From the NCBI GenBank assembly GCA_030647555.1, contig JAUSJG010000004.1, forward strand, positions 36,661-100,660: DNA of 64,000 bases. Reading direction: 5' to 3'. Positions 20,656-30,989 of the stretch are shown here, in pieces. Numbering within the stretch: the stretch's first letter is position 1; every line of letters starts with the position of its first letter. The notes below the pieces were generated by a model that worked only from the letters and a program-made list of their open reading frames with translations, ran no database searches and was not told where the DNA came from. The DNA comes from a bacterium. Its GTDB lineage: Bacteria > Patescibacteriota > Andersenbacteria > UBA10190 > CAIZMI01. The translations under genes were made by a program, and so were the position numbers.

Positions 20656-21915
20656 ATGGAATACGCCTTTTTTCTTGGAAGCAACCCCGGTCTATCGGCC
20701 GTTGAGGTTCACGACTATTTTAAACGCATAAAAATTGTGGCGGATTTTGATTTAACTCGCCTGCCAAAATATTTAATAGTAAAAACCGATGAAACATTGA
20801 AGTGTCAGGCGATTATTGACGGTTTGGGCGGTACGCCGATGATCGCGCAAATAATCGGGGAATTGCCGGATTTGTCCGCCGAAACAATTATTGAAAAAAC
20901 CGGTTTGGAGAGTCGATTTTCGGAAGGACAAAAACCAATTTTCTCAATTTCTTTTGAAACACTTGGTACTTCCCTGCCCGCCTCAAAAAGTCCGCGTGAA
21001 ATTAGAACATTGGGGATAGAAATAAAAAAACTATTGAATAAAAAAGGTTGTCGTGTGGTGGTTCCGCAAATTGGAACTTCATTGAGCACCGCGCAATTAT
21101 TTAATTCAGGCGTGCCGTTTAAGGCGGTTGGTATCCACATTATTGAGCTTGAAAGTGGTCGCTATGTCGCGATGATCGTTACCGCCGTGCAAGATATTGA
21201 TTTTTACACGCGCCGTGATCGAGAGCGTCCGGAAGCCGATCCGGGCAAAGGAATGTTGCCTGTTAAACTTGCGCAAATTTTTATTAATTTTACACAAGCG
21301 GAAATCGGTTCAAAAATATATGATCCGTTTTGTGGCGCGGGTACGATTGTCGCCGAGGCCATGTTACAAGGTTTTAATGTAATAGCTACAGATATTTCTC
21401 TAAGACAAGTTGAACGCACAAAAATTAATACCGATTGGTTAAAAAACACATTTCCTAATTTAGTTGATCCGAGAAAAAACATTGTCGTTATGGCGCAAGA
21501 TATCGAAAAACCGTTACGTGAGATCGAAAACAATTCGATTGACGCGATTGCTTCCGAGGGCTGGCTAGGGCCGGCTACCAACCACGAGTTATCGGCCTTC
21601 GAGATTGAAAATGTTTTCGTGAGAACCCAACAACTGCTTTATGCCCTGCTTGCCAATGTCAGTAGCGCGCTCAAAAGTGGGGCCACAGTGGTTGTGGCAC
21701 TCCCCGCTTTTCGCGTCGATAAACGCATCGTAAGAGCGCCGTTTATGCAAGAAGAATTGCGAAAATTTTTACCAAAGGGCTACAAAGTTGAAAGCCTTGT
21801 CCCGGAAGGTTGGACAAATCCTGCCTTTCGCGACGCCGGTCAAGGAATGATGTTGTATGGTCGCCCAGACGCGGTGATTCTTAGGGATATTGTGCGAATA
21901 AGAAAAACAAATTAG
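20656..21915 (+). CDS. Trm11/UPF0020-like SAM-dependent RNA methyltransferase
   Basis: GMLPVKLAQ, YDPFCGAGT, SEGWLG. Confidence 0.8.
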   Translation: MEYAFFLGSNPGLSAVEVHDYFKRIKIVADFDLTRLPKYLIVKTDETLKCQAIIDGLGGTPMIAQIIGELPDLSAETIIEKTGLESRFSEGQKPIFSISFETLGTSLPASKSPREIRTLGIEIKKLLNKKGCRVVVPQIGTSLSTAQLFNSGVPFKAVGIHIIELESGRYVAMIVTAVQDIDFYTRRDRERPEADPGKGMLPVKLAQIFINFTQAEIGSKIYDPFCGAGTIVAEAMLQGFNVIATDISLRQVERTKINTDWLKNTFPNLVDPRKNIVVMAQDIEKPLREIENNSIDAIASEGWLGPATNHELSAFEIENVFVRTQQLLYALLANVSSALKSGATVVVALPAFRVDKRIVRAPFMQEELRKFLPKGYKVESLVPEGWTNPAFRDAGQGMMLYGRPDAVILRDIVRIRKTN

Positions 21916-21921
21916 CAAAGT

Positions 21922-21963
21922 ATCACCTCGGAGGTGGTGCCTCAGCACCTCCTGCGAGGTGGT
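21922..21963. repeat. palindromic REP-like element
   Basis: CACCTCGGAGGTGGTGCCTCAGCACCTCCTGCGAGGTG; related copy CACTCCCGAAGTG...TTCGGGAGTG at about 61622-61659. Confidence 0.6.
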
Positions 21964-22085
21964 TTTGGGTTTGCGCTTAGAGCCTGGTAATAACATCGTT
22001 ATCTTACCACTTATGGATGTGGCTGATTAATAATCACAGGGACATTGTTCACATACCAATGAGTATGTTAATATATAATCACATT

Positions 22086-22589
22086 ATGGATAAGATATTA
22101 AATCACTCAATAGACGAGAGGGTATATAAAAGCGCAGTACTTTACTTCATAAAGTACTGCAACAATCAGTATTTGCACGCGACAAAACTGAACAAGCTTT
22201 TGTATTACCTTGATTTTATCTACTATCGCGATCACAAAAAATCCGTCACGGGCGACACCTATATTCACCAAGGTTACGGCCCAGTTCCGGCGCGAATAGA
22301 TGAAATACTCGCCAGTTTGAAAAATGAAGGAGTGATAGAAACGGAAGCGGTTGCTCACAATGACGCGGAAATGATTAATTTCACCGTCAAAAACGAGGCG
22401 AAATTCGACGAAGCGGTTTTTACGCCCGATCAAAAAAAACTTCTAAAACAAATTTGCGATCAGTTTGGCGGTTGGCCGACGGAAAAAATAGTCGCACAAA
22501 CGCACCTTGAAGCGCCTTGGTTTTATTCCAAACCCTACGAAATCGTGGACTATTCTTACGCGCGCGATATAGATTTTTTTCGAGAGTAA
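22086..22589 (+). CDS. Panacea (DUF4065/SocA-like) antitoxin
   Basis: TKLNKLLYYLDF, YGPVP, THLEAPW; start at 22086, 6 nt after TATAAT. Confidence 0.88.
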   Translation: MDKILNHSIDERVYKSAVLYFIKYCNNQYLHATKLNKLLYYLDFIYYRDHKKSVTGDTYIHQGYGPVPARIDEILASLKNEGVIETEAVAHNDAEMINFTVKNEAKFDEAVFTPDQKKLLKQICDQFGGWPTEKIVAQTHLEAPWFYSKPYEIVDYSYARDIDFFRE

Positions 22590-22598
22590 CATCGAATT

Positions 22599-22985
22599 AT
22601 GGCTTGGGTGTATGTGGAACGGGAAAACTTTGTTCGGATGTGCGAAAAGGCGGGCATTTCAATCGTAGTACGAACGGCGATTAAAACTTGGGCGCCGAGC
22701 GTAAGCAACCTATATCAGTTGGCTCGACAAAAACTGATTTATCGTTCTCCTAAAAATCGTTATGAAATTTGGGCGGCGGGAATCCCAAATCCGGACAGTA
22801 ATAGAGGCAAAAGTGGCGGTTATCGCGTCGTCTATTTTTTTGATTTAACCGAAAAAACAATCAATCTGGACTTCATAGAGGAAAGAAAAGAACTCGGCTT
22901 CAAAAACGAAGGCCAAGCAAAAAAGAATCGCTACACCGATTACGTCAACCAACTGAAAATTTCTCTAAAAAAATTGGATGTTTAG
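22599..22985 (+). CDS. RelE/HigB-like toxin
   Basis: RGKSGGYRVVYF motif; 128 aa; 9 bp after the antitoxin. Confidence 0.75.
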   Translation: MAWVYVERENFVRMCEKAGISIVVRTAIKTWAPSVSNLYQLARQKLIYRSPKNRYEIWAAGIPNPDSNRGKSGGYRVVYFFDLTEKTINLDFIEERKELGFKNEGQAKKNRYTDYVNQLKISLKKLDV

Positions 22986-23146
22986 CGTCCCTGCTCCTCA
23001 AAAGCTGTTAGCAGTTCATTCATATCCAGTTCTCGTCCCTCTTTTTCCGCCAAAGCCATAGCCCGACAAATAGCGCAGTCGTCGCAAGGCTCAAGGCCGG
23101 CTTCGGAAGCAACCTGTTTACTTTCCTTTTTTATCTTTTTTGACAT
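22982..23146 (-). CDS. 54-aa small protein with CxxCxxC motif (not in ORF track)
   Basis: MSKKIKKESKQVASEAGLEPCDDCAICRAMALAEKEGRELDMNELLTAFEEQGR*; start overlaps the upstream gene end and it fills the gap exactly. Confidence 0.65.
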   Translation of the reverse strand: MSKKIKKESKQVASEAGLEPCDDCAICRAMALAEKEGRELDMNELLTAFEEQGR

Positions 23147-26100
23147 GGGTTTTTGTTACTTTCCTTTTCTTCGGTTTTGACGTCCAGTATTTGCCGGGGT
23201 TTTTATCTCTTAGTTTTTTTATAATATCCTGTGCGTCTTTATCGGTGGCCACGTATTGCTTGATAATCTCCACCAGTTTATCGCTTTCGTGAAGTTCCAA
23301 ATCTCTCGGAAAAGAAAAGAATATTTTTACGGCTTCCATAAACTTATCTTTTCCAAAATTGTCGTGCAACAGTTCCAATATCCTCGAATGATACTGAGCC
23401 GGGTACCAATAAACATTTGCCAAGTTGCCGATTTCCGCTTGTTTTTCATAAAATCCTTTTTCTACTTCAAAACACTTGATCAGCAATTGATACCACTTTT
23501 GCGCATCTTTTTGAGGCTTACTAAATTCCCGCTCCATGGTTTGATAAATGACATTAAAAATATTGCGAGCATAAATGTCAGAAAGCAATTCAAAATATTC
23601 CAAAGCAAGCTCTGTGTTTTTCGGCATTTCTTCGGGCGATCCTTCCCGCAAAGCGTGTTCGACGGATGACGCGAATCTGAAACAACTGTCAGGATCTTCT
23701 TTTTGCATTTCCTTTATGGTTTCAATCAGGATTGTTTTGAACTTTCTCTGATCATATTTCTCCGGTCCGAGATCGTCATATAAACCAGGCATGCCAAACC
23801 GCCAATTAACATATTTATTCTTTCTAAACTCTGCGTAGTAAATAAACAACGGCGCAGCTTCTTTTTTGATGTCAGCCGACAGGTTTGCTATGGCGGTCAC
23901 GAACCTTAAAGAATCCTTCTCATTCAATGCCCTGATGGGGTCAAAAACGTGCAACACGCTCTTGATTAACGATTTTTGAACCGGCGGTGGCCACGCAATG
24001 AATTTATCCAGCAAATCAAATGCAACACTTTCAATTTCTTTTGACATTCGTAGTGCCCTTTCCCTGTCGTCGTTCAAAAACAGAAGCTCTCTGTTTTCCG
24101 GCAACACGGTCAGCCGGTTGCGAGCCAGTTGGCCAAGTGGTAGGGTGGCCATTTGTATTACGTAATAATTCGGGTCGTTAACCAACTTCTTCGTCAGTTC
24201 AATCACTTCGGCCACTTGTCCTCGCCCCGAAAGTACGGCGCATTTCGTCAGCACCCACCCGCACCAACCGCGAACCGAAGCAATTGCGTTCGATTCCTTA
24301 CCTTCCAGAATACTTTTGTGTTCACTGTATTTATCTTCCGGATCGCGCGGATCTTTGCCGAGCGAATACGGGTCTGGGTCGTCGATAAAAATACGAATAA
24401 TTTTTAATGCCTCGACTATTTTTTTCTTGGTCGCCAGCCTTGCCGCGAATTGAACGAAGGCCTCGCGACAACTGGCGTTAGTCAGCCACTTGGATATTTC
24501 AGCTACATTGTCGCCGTGTTTTTTTAAGAACGGAACGACAACCTCTTTGTAAATTTTCAGTAGCAATTCTTCGTCATCGGAGTCATCGTTTCCCAAGTGA
24601 TTAAACAAAGCGTAGGAATAAATAATTTGCTGATCTTCACTGGGTTTTACCTCGTTTTCCAACAAACGAATTATCGACAAGCCGGCGACATAATCTTTTC
24701 TGATTATTTCATTCAACAGAGAGGCTACGGTATAAGCGCCAAAATGATCACTTTTTTCTTTTTTGATATAGTCGCTTGCAATAAAGGTTGTAAACAATTC
24801 AACGGCAAGTTTCAAATCAGTTTCCAGCAGTGTCTTAATGCCTGACACAACTTCGAAATCAAACATAAAACGCTCGTAATACTTTGGGTTAGAGTACCAT
24901 TTTCGCATCGTTTGTTTGGCTTGCAGAAAACCATTTTTGGCCAAATCGGTCACAATCCGTTCAACAAAGGGATTAACCGGAATGCCGTATTTTTTAACAG
25001 TCAGTTCAACCAACTTCCATTTTTTGCCGTCGGACAGAGCAATGTTGCCGGCAGACCAATAGATCAGTTCGGATTTGTGCGGAATGCCTTTTTTTAAAAG
25101 AATAAATTCTTTTAAAATCTCAAAAGCCTCGTTGGAAACATTTTCGTCCGTGTTCACATATCGGTTTATGACTATTTCACAAACCGCGCGGTTTAAAAAA
25201 TCAGGCTTGTACTTGTTTACCTCGTGTGGCATTGAGATACAACGCTCTTTGATAAATTGCCAACCCTTGGCTTTATCCTTTTCGTAATATTGATTAATGG
25301 CCGGTGTAAGAATGAAAGACACAAAATGCCGTTCATTAATGGCATATTGGCCGGAATCATAAGAAATTCCGCCACCCATATATTCCCACCCTTTGAAGTT
25401 CATTTTGCTTTTGAATTTTTCATAATATTTTTGGTATTGGGCACTCGCCATTTTTACAAATTCGTCAAACCGGCCTTCGAAATCTTCATTTAGCCATTCA
25501 CGCAATATCTCGTAAACGTCGCGGGGGGCGTGGTGGATAAATTCTCCTTCGTCTTGCGTGATATTAAACGCGGAGGCGATTAAATCAATAACTTTTTGTT
25601 TCAGGTTGCCTTCCGTGTCGCGCTCGTATATTTTTCGCGCAAGCTTGCAAATTTCTTCTTTTTCCCATTCGCCGTGTTCGTTTCCGGTATCTTTGAGATA
25701 GAAAAAATCATTTTCATTAAACATAATCAGGTCTTTCGCTATAATGAACGCGTCGTCCAGATATTCTGCACCATCCTCCCCTTCGATAATCTTTTTAACT
25801 ATCCTCACAATATCCACGTTAAAATAATCGGTTCGATAAAAACCACGAATCATTTTTGTGTATTTTTTAATATAGCTCAATATATACTTTCGATTTTTGT
25901 CTGTATGTAAATTGTTTTCGAAAATATAAAAGATTCCGAAGTTAAATGCATAGATCCTATTTAATTTCCAAACAGGATCCCAGTTTTTTAGAACCAACTC
26001 GTTATGTTTATTTTCCAGCCTATCTTTCGCAAACTTTAATCGTTCATAATCGGTTGAAAATGCAGAAAGCTCTTTTGGCACTTGCCATATACCATGGTTC

Positions 26101-26792
26101 GGATTACTTAATGCTCTTTCGAGTTCCCAGAATTGTTGCTCCCTTTTGCTTAGTTGCTCGTTGTAATAAACACTATTTTGCCTTGTTTCAACAGCAATGT
26201 TATTTATTTCTTTCAGAATATCTATTCGGGAATATGTGTCACCGACAGCCGACCCGATATAAATTTTTTGCACAAGGATGCTATCTGAGATTCTTTTAAT
26301 GTCTTCTTCCGATAACCAAAAGTTTAACAGATCGGTAAAAAGGGAATAAATTGTTTTTTGTATAAATCCAGATTTTATATGCCAAAACCTAACCCTAGGA
26401 AGTAAACTAATCATTGCCGCGGAATACCCTTTTTCCTTAAATTGATCTTTTACACCATCCCAATAACGAGAATTTTCAACGCGGGAAATTAATTCTGTAT
26501 TAACATTAGTGCAAACGATCAGTATCTCGTCGGCGTCTGCGACTTCTTTGCTTGCTACCACCTTAGTCAGAAACTCTTTTAAATGTGCGTAATTAAAAGG
26601 CTTTTTTCTATCTTTTGATTCACAAATTATTCTTTTACCATCATTAAAAACTAGATTGAAATCTTCAAACCCCTGGGCTTCAAGGTGAATATGTGAAAAA
26701 TTTGGATCGCGTAAAAACTGCAGAAATAACGACATGGCAGCCCATGCCTGTGTATTAATTCCTTTATAGTTGCTTTGTCCTGCTCTGCCCAT
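23118..26792 (-). CDS. 1224-aa protein: N-terminal Cap4/DUF4297-like PD-(D/E)xK nuclease plus long alpha-helical region
   Basis: GQSNYKG..Q...E...FEDFNL...ICESKD; remainder looks helical with no Walker A; start inferred at 26792. Confidence 0.7.
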   Translation of the reverse strand: MGRAGQSNYKGINTQAWAAMSLFLQFLRDPNFSHIHLEAQGFEDFNLVFNDGKRIICESKDRKKPFNYAHLKEFLTKVVASKEVADADEILIVCTNVNTELISRVENSRYWDGVKDQFKEKGYSAAMISLLPRVRFWHIKSGFIQKTIYSLFTDLLNFWLSEEDIKRISDSILVQKIYIGSAVGDTYSRIDILKEINNIAVETRQNSVYYNEQLSKREQQFWELERALSNPNHGIWQVPKELSAFSTDYERLKFAKDRLENKHNELVLKNWDPVWKLNRIYAFNFGIFYIFENNLHTDKNRKYILSYIKKYTKMIRGFYRTDYFNVDIVRIVKKIIEGEDGAEYLDDAFIIAKDLIMFNENDFFYLKDTGNEHGEWEKEEICKLARKIYERDTEGNLKQKVIDLIASAFNITQDEGEFIHHAPRDVYEILREWLNEDFEGRFDEFVKMASAQYQKYYEKFKSKMNFKGWEYMGGGISYDSGQYAINERHFVSFILTPAINQYYEKDKAKGWQFIKERCISMPHEVNKYKPDFLNRAVCEIVINRYVNTDENVSNEAFEILKEFILLKKGIPHKSELIYWSAGNIALSDGKKWKLVELTVKKYGIPVNPFVERIVTDLAKNGFLQAKQTMRKWYSNPKYYERFMFDFEVVSGIKTLLETDLKLAVELFTTFIASDYIKKEKSDHFGAYTVASLLNEIIRKDYVAGLSIIRLLENEVKPSEDQQIIYSYALFNHLGNDDSDDEELLLKIYKEVVVPFLKKHGDNVAEISKWLTNASCREAFVQFAARLATKKKIVEALKIIRIFIDDPDPYSLGKDPRDPEDKYSEHKSILEGKESNAIASVRGWCGWVLTKCAVLSGRGQVAEVIELTKKLVNDPNYYVIQMATLPLGQLARNRLTVLPENRELLFLNDDRERALRMSKEIESVAFDLLDKFIAWPPPVQKSLIKSVLHVFDPIRALNEKDSLRFVTAIANLSADIKKEAAPLFIYYAEFRKNKYVNWRFGMPGLYDDLGPEKYDQRKFKTILIETIKEMQKEDPDSCFRFASSVEHALREGSPEEMPKNTELALEYFELLSDIYARNIFNVIYQTMEREFSKPQKDAQKWYQLLIKCFEVEKGFYEKQAEIGNLANVYWYPAQYHSRILELLHDNFGKDKFMEAVKIFFSFPRDLELHESDKLVEIIKQYVATDKDAQDIIKKLRDKNPGKYWTSKPKKRKVTKTHVKKDKKGK

Positions 26793-26796
26793 AAGA

Positions 26797-27885
26797 TTAT
26801 TTAAACTCAAGGTAAAAATGAATTCCATTGTCCGACCCAAAATCCGATGCGGTCAATTCTCTTATTGGCAAACTGGCTAAAAGTAAATGCCTGGGTGGAC
26901 ATACAAAGGAAACGATTCCCTGCGGATGCGAAAGACAGAAATCTTTTATACTGGCAAATAAGCAACGTCCAGCTGGGTCTATTTTTTTGAACAGATTAAT
27001 TAAATCAGCTTTTTTTCCATCAACTATTTTCGAATATTGCTTTTTATTGAAAATTTTACTCTCTCCGATTGACGTTTTTTCTACAGTTTCAAGTTCGGGA
27101 GATGTCCCCGTGCTAAGAAAATCATTCTTTGTTGGAGTAATAACATATGGATAAGTATTAATTGAAAGCGCAACCACCTCATTTCTAGAAAAAGTATACT
27201 GTTGAGTATTTATGCCAAAAACAAAGTTGGGAGGGGTGCCTGGGTTAGTAAGACGAATTTCCTCAATTTTTATATGTAAAACATCGTCAACTAATAAACT
27301 GTGTTTTGCCTCCCTCTCTCTTACATAAGAACGTCTATGTAGATAACCATCGACCGATTCTTTTTCTAATTCTTTTTGGATTACTGATATTATTTCATTG
27401 TGTTTAGTTTTATCACTATTTGATGCATTGGGAAAAATCTCGTTTGCATCGATAATATTTAAATGAGGGATTTTATCCTTCAAGAAATCAAAATCCCATA
27501 TACTAATTTTGAAAGGAAATTTGTTTATAACATTTAAACTTGTTAACCTTTCGGAAAATATTGTATTACTTTTATATCTTTTATGAGGGATAAAAATACA
27601 ATATACATCCGGGTAATAGCTACTCCCCATAGACATTAGCTCTAAAATCTTATCGCTAAAATCAGATAGCTCTACTTCTAAAACATCGCTATAATTATGA
27701 TTGTGTTTTTGGCGATTGAGATCTTTACATTCGAATTTCCAAAAATATTCCTTTCCTTGTATTTTAAAATTAGCATAGGCATCATACCCATTCTGTAGTC
27801 CTGAACGATTAGGCCAATATAAGGGCGTGAAAAGGTTCCTCATTATATTCGCCAAGTTATTTTCTAATTGTTGACCCTTGCTCAT
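26797..27885 (-). CDS. protein with N-terminal Mrr-like PD-(D/E)xK nuclease domain
   Basis: GQQLE...SGLQNGYD...WKFECKD; start overlaps the MTase stop (ATGA). Confidence 0.65.
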   Translation of the reverse strand: MSKGQQLENNLANIMRNLFTPLYWPNRSGLQNGYDAYANFKIQGKEYFWKFECKDLNRQKHNHNYSDVLEVELSDFSDKILELMSMGSSYYPDVYCIFIPHKRYKSNTIFSERLTSLNVINKFPFKISIWDFDFLKDKIPHLNIIDANEIFPNASNSDKTKHNEIISVIQKELEKESVDGYLHRRSYVREREAKHSLLVDDVLHIKIEEIRLTNPGTPPNFVFGINTQQYTFSRNEVVALSINTYPYVITPTKNDFLSTGTSPELETVEKTSIGESKIFNKKQYSKIVDGKKADLINLFKKIDPAGRCLFASIKDFCLSHPQGIVSFVCPPRHLLLASLPIRELTASDFGSDNGIHFYLEFK

Positions 27886-30800
27886 ATATTTACTTTTTCA
27901 TTGCCCTCAACAATTTTTATTTCCTCATTTGTTAAGTCGTAGAGACTATACACCAACGCATCTATTTGGCGTTCAAAGTCCTGGATCTTAGCTTGTTTTT
28001 CGGCGTTTACTAAATAGTCGTTAGATTGAATCACCTTTTGTATATTGTCTTCGAGAGCAATAAAATCAAGTTGAATATTATTCTCAAGTACTGCCTGCGG
28101 AATGGGTATTTGCTGGATGTAAAAGTCATACAAGTGCATTGTTCTTATTGCCCGTGCGTAGATGAAATTGTATGCATACCAATTTACAAAGCTGGAATTA
28201 AGATAAGAAAGCCAAAATTTTGACGACAATTTATCATCTAACGCAAAAGACATCAGCGTGTTAGTGATAATTATTCCTTCGGCATCATAGCAAGCTGTTA
28301 ACTTTATATGTGGCTTTGGATTATCAATATGTGCAACTAAAACTTGCGCTATAACTTTTGGTTTTAAAAATTTTTTGGCTGAATCCCAATTCAATTTTGA
28401 TTTATTTTTTAACCACCTATTAGATTTTATTTTCCATCGAGCGATATCTATGCCCTTTAAAAGTTTATAATCGGTTTGTTTATCAGAGAAAAAGTCTGTT
28501 CCAATAGCAAGACCCAATCTCCCCTTAACAAGGTGTTCGTTTGTTTTTGCGTCCTGAATTTTTTGCCAAAGCGTTTTAGAGATAAGCAATTTATAGATTT
28601 GGGCTGTACCATTTTCCGCAAATATTTCGGCCTTATGTCCTGATGCAAACTCAAAAACAACATCGTTCTTATTCAAATAAGAACATCTCACTTTATCATT
28701 AGAGCTGTTTTTCACTAAACCAAAAGCATTAGCCTCAAGTAACACTTCGTCAAACGCCTTACTTGAGTCAAGCAAAAACCTAAGATTATATTTCAACCAA
28801 TACTCTTTCCTGAATCCATCCCACGCATCACCATACAGTGATTTCTTGGGGATTATGAAAGTTAAAATACCGTTCGGTCTAACTAAATTGTTAAATGATT
28901 TTTTACAAAATAATTCAGCACTGTCACCACTACTAAACTCAATATTTTCTATTTTTCGATAATATGTTTTTTGTTCTGAAGTCAAAACATTTCTAAAACC
29001 ATACGGCGGATTTCCGATTACCACGTCAAATCCTTCTTTAATGCCGAACATAAACAACGGATCGAAAAATTCGGCACTGGAGTCGGAATTAAACGGATCG
29101 TAGGACAATAATTGTTCCTGTCGTTTTGATTTTTTGGTTTTTATTATTGACCCTTTGCCATTACCTTTTAATAAATCCGCAAAATCTTGCTTCATTTTTT
29201 CCTTAATATTCCGACTGCTGGAGGTGAAATAACGATCCCTAATCGTCCGCATTTTTTCTTCCAGCTTATCGTGATCCCAAATAGAAGTTTGGCCGTTGGG
29301 CGCCAAGGGAATTAAGCTGTTGGCGCAAACAAATTTAAATTCCAAATTTGGCAACGGATCAATACCCATATTCTGCCTATCCGGCAAAATCGGCTCGTCT
29401 ACCACCAGTGAAAGCCAAGCGCGCAGGCGCGATATTTCCACCGCCATCGGCTCGATATCCACGCCGAAAATGTTTTTCTCAATAATTCCCAGTTTTGTTT
29501 TGTAACTATCAAACCGACTTTCAATGCGATCATAAACCGTGGAGATTAATTGCATCATCCCAATTGGAAATGCTCCGGAGCCACAAGCAGGATCGAGAAT
29601 TTTCATTTCATCCAACGCGGAGACCAATTTTGCTTTATAGGGAGCGATGTCGCGTCGATCATTTTTTGAGTCAAACTCGTGCTCTTTTTTATCTAACAAT
29701 AATGACAATAATTTTTCTTTGCGTTCATCTTCGCCCAGTTTTTCTGACAAAAACGCTCGCAAGCTTTCTTTGCACATATATTCCACAATTTCACGCGGTG
29801 TATAGAAAGCGCCTTTCGCTTTGCGCGCCTGCTTGCCGGTTTCGTCCGTAATTTCTGCGAGCAAGTTTTCAAAAATCCTGCCCAACATTTCCGGATCAAT
29901 TGCCACTTGCTGAAAATCGCTGGTAGATTCGTCGGTGGTGAAATGGTAGCCATTTAAGAAGGCATAGAACCGCTGGAAAAAATCGGCCGGAAAAGTGAGT
30001 AGAGGGTCGCCATTGAGATCAGAATCCTTCGGTTCAAATAAACCGCCGTTCAGAAATGGAGTTTTAGCGTCTGTTGGAAAAAGGGTTTTCGCGCCCTCCT
30101 TTTTTCCAAACAGCGTTGCGTCAATTTTGTCCGCGTTTTTTTCGCGCTCGTCCATTGGCGTATTAAGCGTGCGGAAAAATAGCAATTCGAGTTTTGAATG
30201 ATAATAATTGGTGGCATCCGTACTAGAAGCGTCAAAATAGCCATACTGCTCCGAAATTATCCCCTTTTTGCGGAGAAACCAGCAGAAAATCAATCGGCCA
30301 ATTAAGCGCGTGGCAAATTGCCGGCGATGATCGCCTGCCAGGATATTTTTGTTTTCCAAATGTTGGAGTAGCTCGGTAAAAAAGCGTGAGATTTCTTTGT
30401 AGAATTCTTTATTAAGCGGACGAATATCGAAGCTATCCCATAAAATGTGATGGACTTGCGCCTTATTGGTAAAATCAAAACTCTGGAGCCAGTGGTTAAA
30501 AATTGTTTTTTGGGTGTTGGATAGTTTTCCATCCAGTTCTAACGTGCGGATTTTATAGTTGTTGCTTAAAACAATAATCAGCTTGTCCGCTTTATCGGAT
30601 ACCACAAAATCAATCCCGACATTTTTATTCGCGTAAATTTTTTCATCCTCAAAATTCGGGGTTAAGGTAACCAGATTGGCAATTACTTTTTTTGACGGTT
30701 TTTGCGCCCAAAATAACTTAAAATCAATGCCGTAATCCTTCTCTGTTTCCAGTGCGTAACTGGCTTTTCGATCCGCGAATTCCGGCGCGTTTTTCACCCA

Positions 30801-30989
30801 GCCCGGGTGCGCTTTCAGTTGTTTAAATTGACGTAATGTTGGTGTTGCAGAGACCACACCGAGCATAGACACAATCTCTTTTGCCACGGAAAACACATCG
30901 TTTAGATTTCCGCTCTTCTTGGCGCTCTGAAGGGCGTCGTCAATTTTGGAAAAGACTTCGTCGGCGTGATTATTTATTTTCACGGGCAT
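27882..30989 (-). CDS. Eco57I/type IIG-like N6-adenine DNA methyltransferase with C-terminal TRD
   Basis: PFLNGGLF, LGRIFENLL, GAFYTPR, DPACGSGAF, VIGNPPY, C-terminal IDALVYSLYDLT. Confidence 0.92.
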   Translation of the reverse strand: MPVKINNHADEVFSKIDDALQSAKKSGNLNDVFSVAKEIVSMLGVVSATPTLRQFKQLKAHPGWVKNAPEFADRKASYALETEKDYGIDFKLFWAQKPSKKVIANLVTLTPNFEDEKIYANKNVGIDFVVSDKADKLIIVLSNNYKIRTLELDGKLSNTQKTIFNHWLQSFDFTNKAQVHHILWDSFDIRPLNKEFYKEISRFFTELLQHLENKNILAGDHRRQFATRLIGRLIFCWFLRKKGIISEQYGYFDASSTDATNYYHSKLELLFFRTLNTPMDEREKNADKIDATLFGKKEGAKTLFPTDAKTPFLNGGLFEPKDSDLNGDPLLTFPADFFQRFYAFLNGYHFTTDESTSDFQQVAIDPEMLGRIFENLLAEITDETGKQARKAKGAFYTPREIVEYMCKESLRAFLSEKLGEDERKEKLLSLLLDKKEHEFDSKNDRRDIAPYKAKLVSALDEMKILDPACGSGAFPIGMMQLISTVYDRIESRFDSYKTKLGIIEKNIFGVDIEPMAVEISRLRAWLSLVVDEPILPDRQNMGIDPLPNLEFKFVCANSLIPLAPNGQTSIWDHDKLEEKMRTIRDRYFTSSSRNIKEKMKQDFADLLKGNGKGSIIKTKKSKRQEQLLSYDPFNSDSSAEFFDPLFMFGIKEGFDVVIGNPPYGFRNVLTSEQKTYYRKIENIEFSSGDSAELFCKKSFNNLVRPNGILTFIIPKKSLYGDAWDGFRKEYWLKYNLRFLLDSSKAFDEVLLEANAFGLVKNSSNDKVRCSYLNKNDVVFEFASGHKAEIFAENGTAQIYKLLISKTLWQKIQDAKTNEHLVKGRLGLAIGTDFFSDKQTDYKLLKGIDIARWKIKSNRWLKNKSKLNWDSAKKFLKPKVIAQVLVAHIDNPKPHIKLTACYDAEGIIITNTLMSFALDDKLSSKFWLSYLNSSFVNWYAYNFIYARAIRTMHLYDFYIQQIPIPQAVLENNIQLDFIALEDNIQKVIQSNDYLVNAEKQAKIQDFERQIDALVYSLYDLTNEEIKIVEGNEKVNI

